NCBI GenBank assembly: GCA_964247055.1
Contig: OZ176051.1
Location: forward strand, 8,494,001 to 8,558,000
From: Paragordius varius
Lineage: Eukaryota; Animalia; Nematomorpha
DNA: 64,000 nucleotides
Direction: 5' to 3'
Part shown: one piece after another, positions 12,299 to 25,570 of the stretch
How positions within the stretch are numbered: position 1 is the first letter of the stretch
How the letters are laid out: each line of letters opens with the position of its first letter
Notes under the pieces: model-generated
What the model was told of the DNA's origin: nothing
The model's database searches: none
The model's input: only the letters and a program-made list of their open reading frames with translations
Position numbers and translations under genes: made by a program

Positions 12299-14115
12299 TT
12301 TCCATATTATAGAATTTATTAGAATACTTATGTATTTAAAAATGAATAAAAGTATCATAAATATATATATTTAATAGATTTAAAATTTATATGACTGTGC
12401 TGTCTTATCTATGGTGTTTAGGTTACAACGTGTGTATTTTTTTACAAAATTGTTTTATTGGCCTTTAAAAAAAGGGGTAAAGGGGGGGGGGGGGGGGGGA
12501 AAGGGGCGCCATAAAAGTTTTATGCCCCGGGCGCCGCAAATTCTTGGTACGCCACTGCTTGATTCCAAACACTTTCGACAATTTCTGGAGATTATCTCGT
12601 TAGCTTAGCTTCTTATGTTTAAGATTAATCAAGGATGTTTAATTAAAAAATTAATTTAACTATAGTTATAACATTTCATTAAATTTTATCATCCTTAAAA
12701 TCAATGCACAAAAAGGAGAGGTTTTAATTCGACAAAAAAACAATACTTTTGATTAAGGCACAGTAATAAAATATCAAAATGGGAAGAAGCGCTTTTTAAA
12801 TGTAAACCAGCTCTCCAAAACTATAAATTAAACCAGTTCCGGTTACTATCACTCTCATGGGACAATATTCTAAATATACATTTAACTGTTCCCAGTTCTA
12901 AGCGTTGACGGCGGTTTTTTCTAAAACTAATAAAGCTGGTAGAGAAATATATGTAGGGTTTTATGTTATAAACGGCATTGTGCAATAAAATTAATCTTAG
13001 CTAAGTTTAAAGTTTACTAAAGAAGAAATTATATTTTTGTCACGTTTATATTTATACGTTTTAAATGGGTGGGAACTGACAATTTTATTCCTATCAAATA
13101 CATGTTAAAACGGTATAAAGTGCAAAATTGTTGTTTAAATTTTTTATAGTTTGATTTTTATATCATATCTTTTTAATTAATTTAGGTTGAAGTTATGTTT
13201 TAAAATTGTTTTTTAGTACATCTTATCTATATGGCACACTTACGTGAAATACTTGTATAAAATTATTCATTAAGTAATAAATTTTGTTAGTAATTTATTT
13301 TACAAATTTATAAAATTTGGTCTAAAAGCCAAATAAAAAATAATTTTTATAAGAATACAAACAAATTTGAAATTTTTACTTTCATGCGAAATCACTAAAG
13401 AAATTTAATTATAATAAAAATAATTTTTAAGCCCAACTTTGTAAATCACCAAAAAACATCAAAAAAGTGGTAGATGATGCAGTATACAATGCTTAAAAAA
13501 TTTGGAAAAATCACAAATCCATAATTTGCAAAAATATTTTAATTAAATGTTATAATAAAATACTTTAATGCCCTAATATTTTTAAAATGGAACGTGGGTA
13601 ATTTAAGAATGCGGTCAGCGAATCCATTTGTGTTGGGGACCGCTGCTTTATATAATTTAAAAACGGACATTAAAGTGTTTATTTTAATCGATTAATCAGT
13701 AAAAGAATTTAATTTTTAGGCTGGTGCAAAAACAAAGAATTGAATAATTTTCAGGAAATCAATTTCATAAGTATATCTTCAATGAATTAAATATTACATT
13801 AATTAAGATTAAACCTAAAATATTTATTCTGTTCGAGTTCGATAATAATAATATGTGACAGACATGGAATGCTTCTTCTGTCTATGACATCTCCTCTATT
13901 ATATTAACTAATTTACATATTTCAACTAAGATTAATAAAACATAACATCAGTATTACTATATTAAAAAAAGTTGTCTAATTACTTATTTAGAATTTGGTT
14001 ATCTGAGCAAACATTTATGGATAAATGTTTAAGTCAATGGCCAAATAAAATATAAAAATGACCCAATGTATTTTACCTTAAAAATAAATTTAAACTAATT
14101 TGACTAAACTCTTAC

Positions 14116-14426
14116 ATGTGGTCCCAGGATAATCCATTACTATTGTTGCTATTGTTTGTCGTCAATTTTGATTGTGAATGCAGTTGAGTTTGGCTTGAAC
14201 ATGAAACTTTAAAATGGTCGTTCTTTCTTGTGGAACTTAAAGATGAATCTAAAGAATCAAGTGTTGTATCAAGGCAATCATCAACATCTAACTTTCCAGG
14301 GTTCCTTGTGTGTAAAACGTCTAAATCAATCAAATGTGCATCAGAATTATTGCAATAATTTATGTTCATTGGATAAGTTTTGGAAACATTTTCATCACTG
14401 TCATGACATGTTCGTAATATAACCAT
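14116..14426 (-). CDS. Candidate exon of an unidentified gene (Ser/Asn/Asp-rich, no recognisable domain)
   Basis: Open frame 14112-14450, richer in GC than its flanks, with natural-looking composition. Ends at a consensus donor AT|GTAAGA at 14115. The 5' boundary is uncertain. Confidence 0.4.
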
Positions 14427-14506
14427 ATCGCAAAAGTTAAACTTTTTCAAATTAATTATTTATATTTTATCCTTTATTCAAAATAAATAAACAGATAAGT
14501 AATCCG

Positions 14507-14508
<2 letters not shown>

Positions 14509-14540
<32 letters not shown>
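14509..14540. repeat. (AT)n microsatellite
   Basis: About 16 AT units. Confidence 0.95.
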
Positions 14541-14543
<3 letters not shown>

Positions 14544-16924
14544 TAACAGGTGTCGAAGAATTGATGTCTCATATATGATTTTGAAAATAATATAAGCATT
14601 CCGTTTCTGATGAGATTTACATAAATTATGTTTGAAATGAAATAATAAATATCATATATAATAATAATAAATTTTCATAAATAATAATAAAGATGAGTTA
14701 TATAGATAGGTATATAAAAAAATTTTTATGACTAAAAATCCATCATTTCTGTAATTACGAAATTTTTCGGATATATCAAAGATATAACCTGCAAAAAATT
14801 ATTTATATTTTTTTTGTATTTTCAAATAAAAATGGTTTTATGAGATGAGCAATAAACTACTGTACATAATACTCTATATTAACTTAAAAAGTTTTTTAGG
14901 AATAAAATTAGAATAGTAAAATTTAAATATAATAAGAAATTAAAAATATATTTTTATATCATAAATATATTTCCATGTAACTTTATTTTATATGTTATTG
15001 AATTAAAATATGCAGATAATTTCGATATTAAAGAAGCGTATTGCAAAATCCCTTTTATATTTATTAATGAAAATTATATAAATATTCAATCTTGAATTAA
15101 ATTTTATCTCTGTACTTATAATATCCATCAGCTGTGGTTGATCTCTATTATTTATTATTGTTACAAAACAACATTTGTGTTTCATAAAATTATACATATA
15201 ACTTACTGAGATATTTTAGTTGAATGTACATTTCAAAAACGAAATAAAGATGCATGTTTATTACAGGAAAATAGTTTACAAAAAGGATAACTTGTACGTC
15301 CGTTTAAACCGTTTATAAACCCAACTCAATTAAATAATTAGGCATAATGATTTACATTTGCGTATAGCATAATTTTGAACAAAAAATACTAGAAATTATT
15401 TATTGCTTTCTTTAATCAATTATATCCTAATACTTTAACAGCGGCCCACAAGCGGCATACCGCCCTAAAAGTTCCTTTTGTGGCCCTAAATTATTTATAA
15501 ATTTTTTTGATTTATTTATTTTGAATGTAAATATCGATGAATGTATCAAATATCTATGAAATTTGTATCGGTATTATATTATATGGTGCAGGGCCCTCGA
15601 GGCAAGATAAATAATTTTTGCGCTTTAAATTTTTTACACGAGTACCACTGAAGTGTTACAAAAGAAAATATACTACCTGCTTCATAAGGTATATCAGCCA
15701 TATCGTAAAAAAAATCAATTTGCAATTAATAAAATTAAACATCTTTCCATAACTTTTTTCAGAGCTTAAACCAGAATTACAATCACTTTATCTAAACCTA
15801 CCGGTTTTAATTAAATTCTGAGTCACTTTGATCTATTTTTAATAAACTGATTCGGATTCACACCTCAAATAAGTCAATTTTCGTTATTTCTCAATATAAT
15901 ACCAAAAAAATCAAACAACATTTTGGTTAAAAAATAAATAATCTTATATTTGAATTGTCTTACATTAAACTTCGATATAATAAAATTTTACTTATAATTG
16001 CAATTGATTATTCATTATACTTAACTAGTTCTGTTTCCTATTTTCTCCAAAATTGAAAAGTCAACAGACATTCTTATATTTAAATATTTATATGTGTAAT
16101 CTAAAAATATTATTTTTAAATTCATAAGCTATTCCGTTTATGCAGGAGAAAATTATCAAAATACGATTATCTTTAATTTATAAGCAATACGATCTAAAAA
16201 TGAATAAAAAGAAATTAGATAATTATAAAACCGGCGGGCGATTTCAGAATCGGTCCCAAAACCACTTAAAAATTTATAGAATAGTTAGAATCTCATATTT
16301 CTAAAGACGAACCTGGTTTAGGCTTTAATATTAACCTGGTGGATTGTTTAAAAAAACTTGATTCAGAGTTTCAGTATTTTTGGGCTGGTTTGAAGGCCGC
16401 TTATTAATATTATTAAATCGTAAATTTTAGCGAAACATTATGCGTAAATATTTTTTACCTAATTTTTTTATTATTTCGCTTAACTTTTATTACTAGTTGA
16501 TAACCAAACCGATACGGCTGAGGTTTTTAACAATGATCCCACATTAAAAAGGCATGAAATGCATATTCCAAAAATCCATTTTATGTAAAATCCGGCTACT
16601 TTGTAATGCACAAAATCGGCCAGGTGATATAAAAATAGAGAAATAAATTCAGGCAGAAAATATCTGGATGCTTTTAGTTTTGGCGCTTACAAGTTTTATT
16701 AGGAAAGTTATGTCAATTTTCTTTTCTCTAATCACACGCATAGCGAAAATGCTTAACAACTAAAAAATATTTGGCGGGAAAACTTTGAGATAAGGTTTCT
16801 TTTATAATTTTTTTATTTAAAAAAAACAACGAAAGGCCATGGAAACATTATTAATTCGATATCCCGCTATTTTAAAATTGCTCGAAGAATAAAAATTACT
16901 TTATATGAGAATAAAGTTATAAAT

Positions 16925-18140
16925 TTACCTGAAAAATTAATGTTTGGTATTAAGTGTATATTTTACAAATTTTCAATTTTCGATCAAGTTTATTGCATCG
17001 GGATTAAAAATTAGCCCAAAAGAGCATGAAGTGTTACATAAATTATTACAGTAATAATTGAAATCATACGGACAAAACGTAAAAATATAAAGACAAATAT
17101 TTTTTTGAAAAACCTACCATTCTTAACGTTAATTTTTTCTATAGAAGCTATTTAATTACGATTGAAAAATATAAAATTGATAGTATTAGATATATATATA
17201 TAATTCTACTAGCGTAAATCTCGTGCTGCTACGCAGCCCGAGGTTCGAAGTTTGGATTTGAATGGGTCTACCGGTTTTCCGGAAACAGATCACAAAATTA
17301 CATGAAAAATCAGTTTTTAGCGGGTAGCGCCTTGCCCAGCAGCTATCATCATAGAAACGCTTGACTAAAATTTTTGCCTTTTAACAGGGAATATGTAGAA
17401 TCCTTAATGAATTTTTACGGTCTCATCCTAGGGCGAAAAATCGATTCAAAAAATTATTTTTGTGGACTTTGTTTTTTGTAAAAATGGCATTTTACGGGGG
17501 GAGCGGGTAAAAAGAGGGCCTAAATCAAAAAAGCGAGACGACTATGTTCGGCGCAATCGAAAATAAGTAAACAAAAATTATATTTGAAATTGAATGGTCC
17601 AACACGTTCTCCCGAAAATTGTCTCAAAGACACGATTTTTGTGGACTTCTGTTTTCAAAAAAAACCCATTTTTCACACGGGGTGGTCCCGAACTGGGGGC
17701 CTATTTCAAAAAAAAGGGCGAAGCTATTGTCGGGGCATTCATTAATGATTATATTTTTTCGAAGTTTGGATTTGAATGGGTCTACCGTTTTTCCTGTACC
17801 AGATCACAAAGCCAGCATTTTCCATTTTTATAAATATATAGATTTCATGCTATGCCTTATGAAATAATAAGTTAAATTCAAAAAATAAAGATTTTAAAAT
17901 TATGGTTGTCTCTTAGATAAAAATATTTATATTTTTACGTTTTGTCCGTATAATTTCAATTTTTACTGTAATAACTGAAAAAACCTCTACTATTCCAATT
18001 TTCTTGTTGAAAAAATTATGTATGAATCACTTTTTAGGCGGTATCCGAAACAAATTTGATTCTTAAAAATTACGTGAAACCGAAATTATTTTTAAACAGT
18101 TAAAATATACCCGAATCCATGGTTAAATATTAATTACCAG
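16925..18140. repeat. Foldback relic interrupted by a Helitron
   Basis: ATTACAGTAATAATTGAAATCATACGGACAAAACGTAAAAATATAAA (~17045-17090) is mirrored at ~17925-17975. Outer matches are weaker. Confidence 0.55.
17209..17842 (-). mobile_element. Non-autonomous Helitron, solo copy (634 bp)
   Basis: Same TC 5' end at 17842 and hairpin+CTAG 3' end at 17209; A|T target. Confidence 0.85.
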
Positions 18141-18294
18141 GTTTCAACCTAAGCCAAATTCCACATTAAGCAGTTTCACCTGATCGTTAATAACTCAATA
18201 TCTTACCGGAAATTAACATTTTACATTTGTGTGCTTTTCAACAATTATTCAAACATTAATATTATAAAAAACTTTATTTATTTAAAAAATTTAC

Positions 18295-18595
18295 TGTTTG
18301 TTATGATGGCTTCGGCCTCCGACGCAACTCCAAGTTTTCGAATACCCAATAAATGAATATCATTGTGAGAATAAGACAACATATTTTTCGCATCATAATG
18401 GCTACTGGTAGTAACTCTAGAATTTTTCCGCGCCAAACTTTTAGCATTGGTGGAAAGGTTAATTAAGGTATTTATATTTCGATATGAACCAAACCAAGCC
18501 GAGTTGGGGTTGTCGCGTAGTCCTCGATTTTTACGTTTTTTCGACCTTCCATCCGTAGTTTTAAACCAATCAATAAATTTGGAATAATTTGGCAT
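18295..18595 (-). CDS. Candidate first coding exon of an unidentified gene (basic RSKKRKNR stretch)
   Basis: ATG-initiated 105-codon open frame with natural composition in very AT-rich flanks. Possible donor A|GTAAAT at 18294. Confidence 0.4.
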
Positions 18596-19416
18596 AAAAA
18601 TTATATTTTTCCAATGTTAATTAAATGTAAAAATATTATACATCAATAACTCGCTTGCTTGTTAATTAATGTGTTAAAAAACCATCTTGTTGTTATTTCA
18701 CATGCCCCATTATTATGAACCTACTATCTTTTGGCAAAACATCTTTTTTTTGATTTTTTGAGCTTGAATCTTGTATATAATTCATATGAAATTATATTCA
18801 TCTTTATAAAAATTACAGACAACAACTGTAAAATAAAAATTTGGATGTTATTTTGTGGTTTTTTTCATATATTTTTCATAATTTATACAATTTGTTTTCA
18901 AAGTTATGAAATAATATGGGCTTTCAGCATTTATATCAATGCTAATCTTTTTTGATAGAGAATTATAATCGTTTAATGAATCTTTTTAATCGTAATTATA
19001 AATCCGAGTACATACAGCAAAAATTCAAATTTTAGGGACAAGACGTTATATAAAGACAAATATTTTTTAGGCAACCTACTTTTTTAAACCTTATTTTCCC
19101 TATATAAATAAATTCCAATTGTAAAATTCCAATTGATTGCTTCTCCAATATACATCTATATTTCATACTTTGGAGTAAACAACGAGATATCTTTAATCAA
19201 GTTTAAAAAGTACAGGGGTCTTTCGAAAAAATAAATTGTTGTTATATTTTTATGTTTTGACCGTCGCTAAATGGTAGATGGTGATTTCATTCCAAATTAA
19301 ATATATATACATTTATTTTATCATGATTACACAATAAATCTCCATAAAATAACTTTATCTCATTCATTTTGCATTTAAAAAGTTTTTTTGCAACATAATA
19401 TAGTAAAATTTTTAGA

Positions 19417-22400
19417 TTATGGAGTAAACAATAGTTTAGAGACCCTTACACCAGGGATCTCTAAAACTAGTGCCATCCACGTTGCCAAAACTGTAGTTAT
19501 CCCATAAAAACCTATAAAAAGTATTGTGAAATGTAGGTGGGTGACATACAGTGGATGTCGCAGACTCGTATAAACAGCAAGTATCACCATCGGGTGAATG
19601 AGATATGAACAGTACGATATATTTGCCCAAAAACGCCAATTTTTGTGGGCCAAAGGTTGGACACAAACTCTAAGTATGGCAAGTTGAATATTTTTGAACC
19701 TTCCAAACTTGCCAGAATTATTGTAAGATTCAGTATTTATAGAATTGAGAGGATTGGTGTTGGCAAATTCGTTTAAAAGTGTTTTGTATCGATATGCCAA
19801 TGAGATAATCAAACCTATTAGTAATGACCAAATAATTCTCAGACCGGCGTTTAATATAGCATCTATAAGGGTCTCCACTGGTTTTTGAAACAGGTAATCG
19901 CTTAAATAATGTATGGGGATAATGTTTGATAATTTGGAAATTAAGGCAGCTATTAAATTTCTCTCTGGATATAACTTTTTTTGGGAACCATACAAAATGG
20001 AAATAGAAATTGTGATAAAGGACAAAATTAACTTGCCGTAGCCAATCGTTTTAGGTACAATTATAGGTCCATCTGCATTTTTACTGCATCTCAAACCGAA
20101 AGTTGACTGAACGATTTGTCGAACATTGTGAAAAATTGATTCGATTACACGTTTACGTGTTTCCACATTTAACCTTTGTTCAGTTAGTTGGCTTCCATAA
20201 CTTTTTTGCCCATTATCAGAAATCGGTTTATGAAAAGGAAGGAATGCCAGGGAGAGTGATATTAACATACCCATCAAATAAGGTTGTATGCGAAACTGTG
20301 GTAGAATGTAAAAATTGTAGAAATAATCCAATATCTTCGGATCGTCGGGAAACAACCCTGGTCTACAATCAAATCAAATAAAACAGTAAATTATTTTTCA
20401 ATCGTATTATTTATCTAAATATCGCCAATCTAACAATAGAGTAAAAAAACCCTTAACTTTCGATGGGGTTAAATATTTTAAATTCTTTGTAATTTCGCAA
20501 CTGTGGATCATATTAATCTTGTGCTCTATTTCAAAAAATACTCTATTAAAGCATAAATGACTAAATTAATATCAAAATGGTATATTTTACTTCTATATTC
20601 CCCGAAAAATTATTTAAATAAATATATTAATTAATGAGTACTTGTATGAATGCGTCCAACTCGTCAAAAATGTCCATATAGTTATGACTGAAAGCAGGAA
20701 TAAAATAACGCATTTGAAGCAAGCTACAAATGAATTAGATTGATGCAAATTAGATTCTTTATTTGTGATGCTTTCAGATTTTCTACTGAAATAAGAAATA
20801 AATTGCCAAACTCTTCTCTGTAATTTATTGCTAGCGTGTGCCATTAAAACAATAAGGGGAGAGACGGCATGGAATTGGAGATCGCATGCTAAATACCAAG
20901 TCCAAATGGCGCACATTTGACGGCTACCTATTTTATTGCATTTATAATAATAAAATAATTTTGCTTTTGCAAAAAAACAAATATAAAATAGATAGTCCTA
21001 ATTATAAAATTTAGGGGATTAGCTTAAATTTTCACAGATGTAATTTAAAGAGGAATAAGTTTCCTTTATATATATACATAGCTAAATTTATAAAATTTTA
21101 TGTGAATAAAAAAGTTTAAATTATAGTTAAAACTTACCGACAAAATTGTTGATGAAAAGTATATTCGTCCACCAATTTTTCCTACAATAACCCGAAGTTT
21201 TGGATATCATCATAGCAAATGGTGGCAAAGGAGTAAAATTATCTGTAGCAAATCCAATCTTTGCAAAAATAAATCCAAACACTCCATGAATGTATGGTCT
21301 TAGGCAAGTTTCTATCAGGAGTAACCCCAAATAGGCTGGTAGAATGCGAATCATGCGTTTCCCCAAAAACATAAAGTATTGATATAACCATTTCTTTATC
21401 ATAGCTTGATTGCTATGTTGATAATCTTTACTTTCAGATTGTTCATCACTGTGCTTGAGTGTAGATATTACGCTTAAGCTATATAAGAAGCCGGATAAAA
21501 AGAAAAACGTATCTACTGCAAAGAAGCCCGAATATAAAAACACAATCCAAGGGTCATTTAACATTCGTGGACCCAAAATTTCCCCCACATTTGACGCAAA
21601 GGGTGATGCAAACAAATAAGTATGGGCTATTATAACGTATATCATACTCAATGATCTAAGTCCGTAGATTACGTCTGTCGGTACAAAGGTATTATCATGT
21701 TCTGCCATTTGTCCTTCAATTTTTGGCGGGTCTGATTCTTTAAGTTTACCGATTCCTGTAAGAAGGGCAAAATTTATGCGCAAGTCAAATAGATTTAGAA
21801 CATTTTTAAGTGATTTTGCCAACACGTATTGATTGGGGAGAAAATGGGACTTTTTTCCAATCAATGTACTAACGATTGAAATGGCACTAATAATAACTAT
21901 AAATGAAAGAATCCAATTTAAATGTTTATTCCTAGTCTTGACGCCTCCCTTTATAAATAACCGTTCTGTCAAATCCTGAGTGGTTTTATATTGTTCCAAT
22001 TCAATAGAATCATTCAACATATTTACCGTAAACGGTTCAACATTTACGGATAAATGTGCATATTTAGGGCCGGTGCAGGCCAGTCTTTCTATGGTGATTA
22101 GGGGATCTTTGGCAGTGGATAGAGACCTATTAGTTCGCCAATTCAAATCGATATAAGGTTGTAATATATCATAACCATATTTTTCAATGGTTAATTGCAG
22201 CATTATTTGAATATCTAAGCTAGTGCATGCGGATGGAACACATAAGCCTAATTGGAATAACATTGTGGGGAAACTGTACGATACGGGACATTGTGTTTTA
22301 AGAATGTGTAGATTACCGTTTTTGTCCTCTTGTAACAAATCAATTTTTACATTGTCATTTGGCTGTAAAAGTAAATTTTCGTTTCCATCCTTCCATCCCG

Positions 22401-22995
22401 GATATGGTTCATAAACTATTCGGCTAATATCTAAAGCAGCCAAACAATAAGTAGTTTCCAACCAATTATCGTTTAAGTTGAGGTGTCCAGAAAGTACTTT
22501 AGTAATACTATAGGTAAATCCAGAAATATTATTTGCCGATGTGAAAACAACATTTTTATTATTGGATAATAAACAACGGTCAAAAGCTCCGATAGAAAAG
22601 AAATTTCCTTCCAACAAGGAACTGGGATACAATTTTCCAGAACTATCTTGAAGATGTAAAGCGTATGGATCCACGACACCTGCAGATCCAATTAATCCGA
22701 CATTTATATTTCTCATTACGTGCATACATGAAGACGACAAAGGGGAATGATCAAAATTATCATTATAATTCTTACATCGATCCTGATCATTAAAATGTGC
22801 AGAATGTCTCGGATTTATGAATTGAATTAATAAATCCTCAGGTCCAAAATTTTGATAATACCTATCATTTCGTCCAATGGGTTGGTTTATATTAACAGTA
22901 CTGGATGCACAAATTGAAATTACTATCCAAAATTGTAAGATTAATAATTTAGAGTAAAATTGAATCCTTATGGATTTGGAATTAAAAATATACAT
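19417..22995 (-). CDS. NRF-6 / O-acyltransferase-like protein (NRF domain + acyltransferase-3 domain), 3 exons: 22995-21138, 20927-20642, 20362-19417; 1029 aa
   Basis: N-terminal hydrophobic signal-like segment. NRF motifs DSSGK..LLEGNFFSIGAFDRCL, YCLA and GLCVPSAC. Acyl_transf_3 motifs GLRSLSMIYVIIAHTY, AVDTFFFLSGFL, RMIRILPAY, WWTNILFINNF, WYLACDLQFH, RIQPYLMG and SYCSYLIHP. The GT-AG splice sites join the three ORFs in phase (1858+286+946=3090 nt). Orthology within this multigene family is not established. Confidence 0.92.
20363..20641 (-). other. Intron 2 of the NRF-6-like gene (phase 2)
   Basis: Donor AA|GTACTC (weak) and acceptor TTTGATTGTAG|A. This restores the frame SYK-PGLFPDDPK. 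Confidence 0.65.
20928..21137 (-). other. Intron 1 of the NRF-6-like gene (phase 1)
   Basis: Donor G|GTAAGT and acceptor AAAATAG|GT. This yields FINNFV-G-SRQMCAIWTWYLACD. Confidence 0.85.
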
Positions 22996-24291
22996 TTTTT
23001 ATGAATCTTTTTCAAAAAAATAGTACTACATAAAATGGTACATAATTTTTATAAATTTGAATACATGTGTATGTAGTATAGTCAGTAACTTTTTACATAA
23101 AATTTTATATTTTTTACATTATAATTGTTTGTTCTGTGTAATACGAAACTGTTTTGTCCATATGTATAAATATGGGAAAAAATGACATCAAGGGGACACA
23201 TATGCAATAGTTAAATATATTTATTGATGTTATATTTTATAGAGGTTATAATTTATACAATAAGTTTTAAAAAACAACAAGCCACAGTACAATATACGGT
23301 TGCGTATAAAATAAGTTTGTCCATAATTAACAAAATCAATGCTTATAAAATAGGATAAAAATGGTTTAATTTCAACCATTTGCTGTTTAATAACATACGC
23401 TTCTGTATAATCGCTAAAACTTTTTAATGGATTTGAAGGGTTTACTCTAATATACTACAATCCTTTTTACATTTCTGTTAAGTATTTTTGGTTAAAATAT
23501 ATATGTCAGATTCAAGTATTTTTATATAAATAATATAAACATAATACGCGGTGCAATATACTATATATTTAATAAAGTTCCCAATATAATTATAATGAAA
23601 ATTGTCATCTGTTCATTTAATATGATAAAAAATTGTATCGTATTGAACCCTTTTAACGAATATATGCACAATAATTATATAAATCATCCGAAGACATTGA
23701 ATTCTAAATTAATTTGTATAAGGTATCGAAAGAAGGGCTTCCATTTAAAATTAATGATACATTCCAAATATTCTTTAAATCAAATAAATTTACCGCAATG
23801 ATTTAAGGTATTTATTGAATCTAAAGAGTTTTATAGATTTTAAAAACAATACCCTTAGAGCAGAGATGTTCGATACAAATGCCTTCGCGAGCCGCATTTT
23901 TGACTCAATAAAACCGGTGAGCGGTATTTGGAACATATATGGCATATAAATTCATTAAAGTTTAAACTTAAGACTGCAAAATGCAAACCTAATAATTGTT
24001 TCTAGCTCTTGCCAATTGGATATCTAATTTCCCTTTTTTTGGAAAACAGATAAAAAGATATTGTTTTCTAATTTCTATTAAAAAATATAAATTTATTTAA
24101 ATATATTAAATAATCGATATTTAAATATCTACGTTTGCCAATATGTTAAACATGCACTCTTATAACATTATTTAAGCATGAAATCCAGGGGAATTATTTC
24201 AAAAATCAATACAATCTAGCACTGAGAAAATATGCAATTAAAAGTCTAAAACCTAGTTAAAATTTTATTTGAAATATCCATTAATAAAAGC

Positions 24292-24318
<27 letters not shown>
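24292..24318. repeat. (TA)n microsatellite
   Basis: About 13 TA units; absent at the equivalent position of the paralogous copy. Confidence 0.9.
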
Positions 24319-24322
<4 letters not shown>

Positions 24323-24344
24323 ATTCATAAAGCTACAACGCGTA

Positions 24345-25570
24345 ATTAAAGTTGGCGTCCTAATTACGAACCATCCAAGAGAATTTTTTTATAAAGACAT
24401 TACGAAAGAAGTAAGCTCAATTTGTAAATACCACAGCATTTCTTTGATTGTCGATTCGTATCCAAACATCGGTCGAGACCAAATAGGACAGAAATACCAC
24501 TTTTTTTTATAAAATCATTAGATAGTGGATTTAAAAGTCAAACAGTAGAATATTTTTTGAATATTATGAACCCAATTATAAATGATATTAGACCATCAAA
24601 TGGAATGGCCTTTGTATCGGATACTGTGGCAAATATGAAGGCCTCTGGAAAATTAATTTCTAAAAAATGTTCTAATATAGTATGGCATGGATGCCAATCC
24701 CATATTACGAATAGCTTAATTGAATTGAGTTAAAATGATATGCCCGAAACTTTAAATATTGGGCTAACTATAATGGATTTTATAAACTCTGATAAGTATT
24801 ATAAAAAATTTCAAAGCATTAAAAAAATATCCACTGACACTTAATTCTTGGACAATCACACGATATATACCATAAATAAAACCCTGAACAATTTTATTGG
24901 TGGAAAAATGACCATTCAACAAATGTCGATTTCCATGGAAAGATTTTTTGACCACTAAAGACAAAAGATCATATATAATTACTGGATGTTAATTTTTGGA
25001 TTATTTGAGTTTTTACAACATATTTCCTTGGGCAATAAGTATATTAGAATCTAATGTTTCTTTCATCACCTGCATTCATGATGTTTGACGCCATTCAAAG
25101 AATTTGTTTATGAAACATATTAATATATTTTGCCACCCAAAGGAGAAAGATATTGATTTGTTTAATAAACGAGCAAGGGATCACTGATTTGTTATTTTGG
25201 CTCGTTTACTGAATCCAGGTTGAAAAAAATGATTTAACAAGCGAGGAATCGTCTTATGCAATTAATCTACTTCAAATTTTGTCCACAAAATATTCCTTTG
25301 AAACGATTACTGCAATTTGTTTATAGAATAACTGGGTCTTTTGTTCACATTAAATATGAAATCTTAGGGCCTACTGAATAATTTGTCAGCACATTTACTG
25401 ACCATAAAATACTTATCCCATCTTGTTCAAAAAGATAATGTTCCTGATTCAAGTAATGCAACCGAAAGAAGTTCTCGATGAAAAATACATTTACAATCCT
25501 TATAGGAATCGATTGGATACGGAAAGAATCAATAAACATTTGTACATTAACTGTAATCTCCGAAAAGACA
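24345..25570 (+). pseudogene. Decayed hAT-superfamily transposase (DUF659-like core + C-terminal dimerisation region), copy 1
   Basis: Conceptual translation across stops and frameshifts: RPNYEPSKR, ISLIVDS, AFVSDTVANMKA..IVWHGCQSHITN (CxxH motif), TERS, and NPYRNRLDTERINKHLYINCNLR. Confidence 0.8.

Larger units (their letters stand above)
8861..12557. mobile_element. Non-autonomous hAT element (MITE) with nested LINE and Helitron
   Basis: TIRs CAGGGACGTACCGAG (8861) and CTTGGTACGCCACTG (ends 12557). Perfect 8-bp TSD CTTGATTC at 8853-8860 and 12558-12565. Shared subterminal ATGCCCCGGGCGCCG motif at both ends. An 8-bp TSD with CAG...CTG ends is typical of hAT. Confidence 0.85.

Noticed and set aside
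19436-22691. Short ORFs overlapping the acyltransferase gene (19436-19666, 20103-20381, 22223-22414, 22473-22691)
   Set aside because: Alternative-frame or antisense shadows with no motifs.
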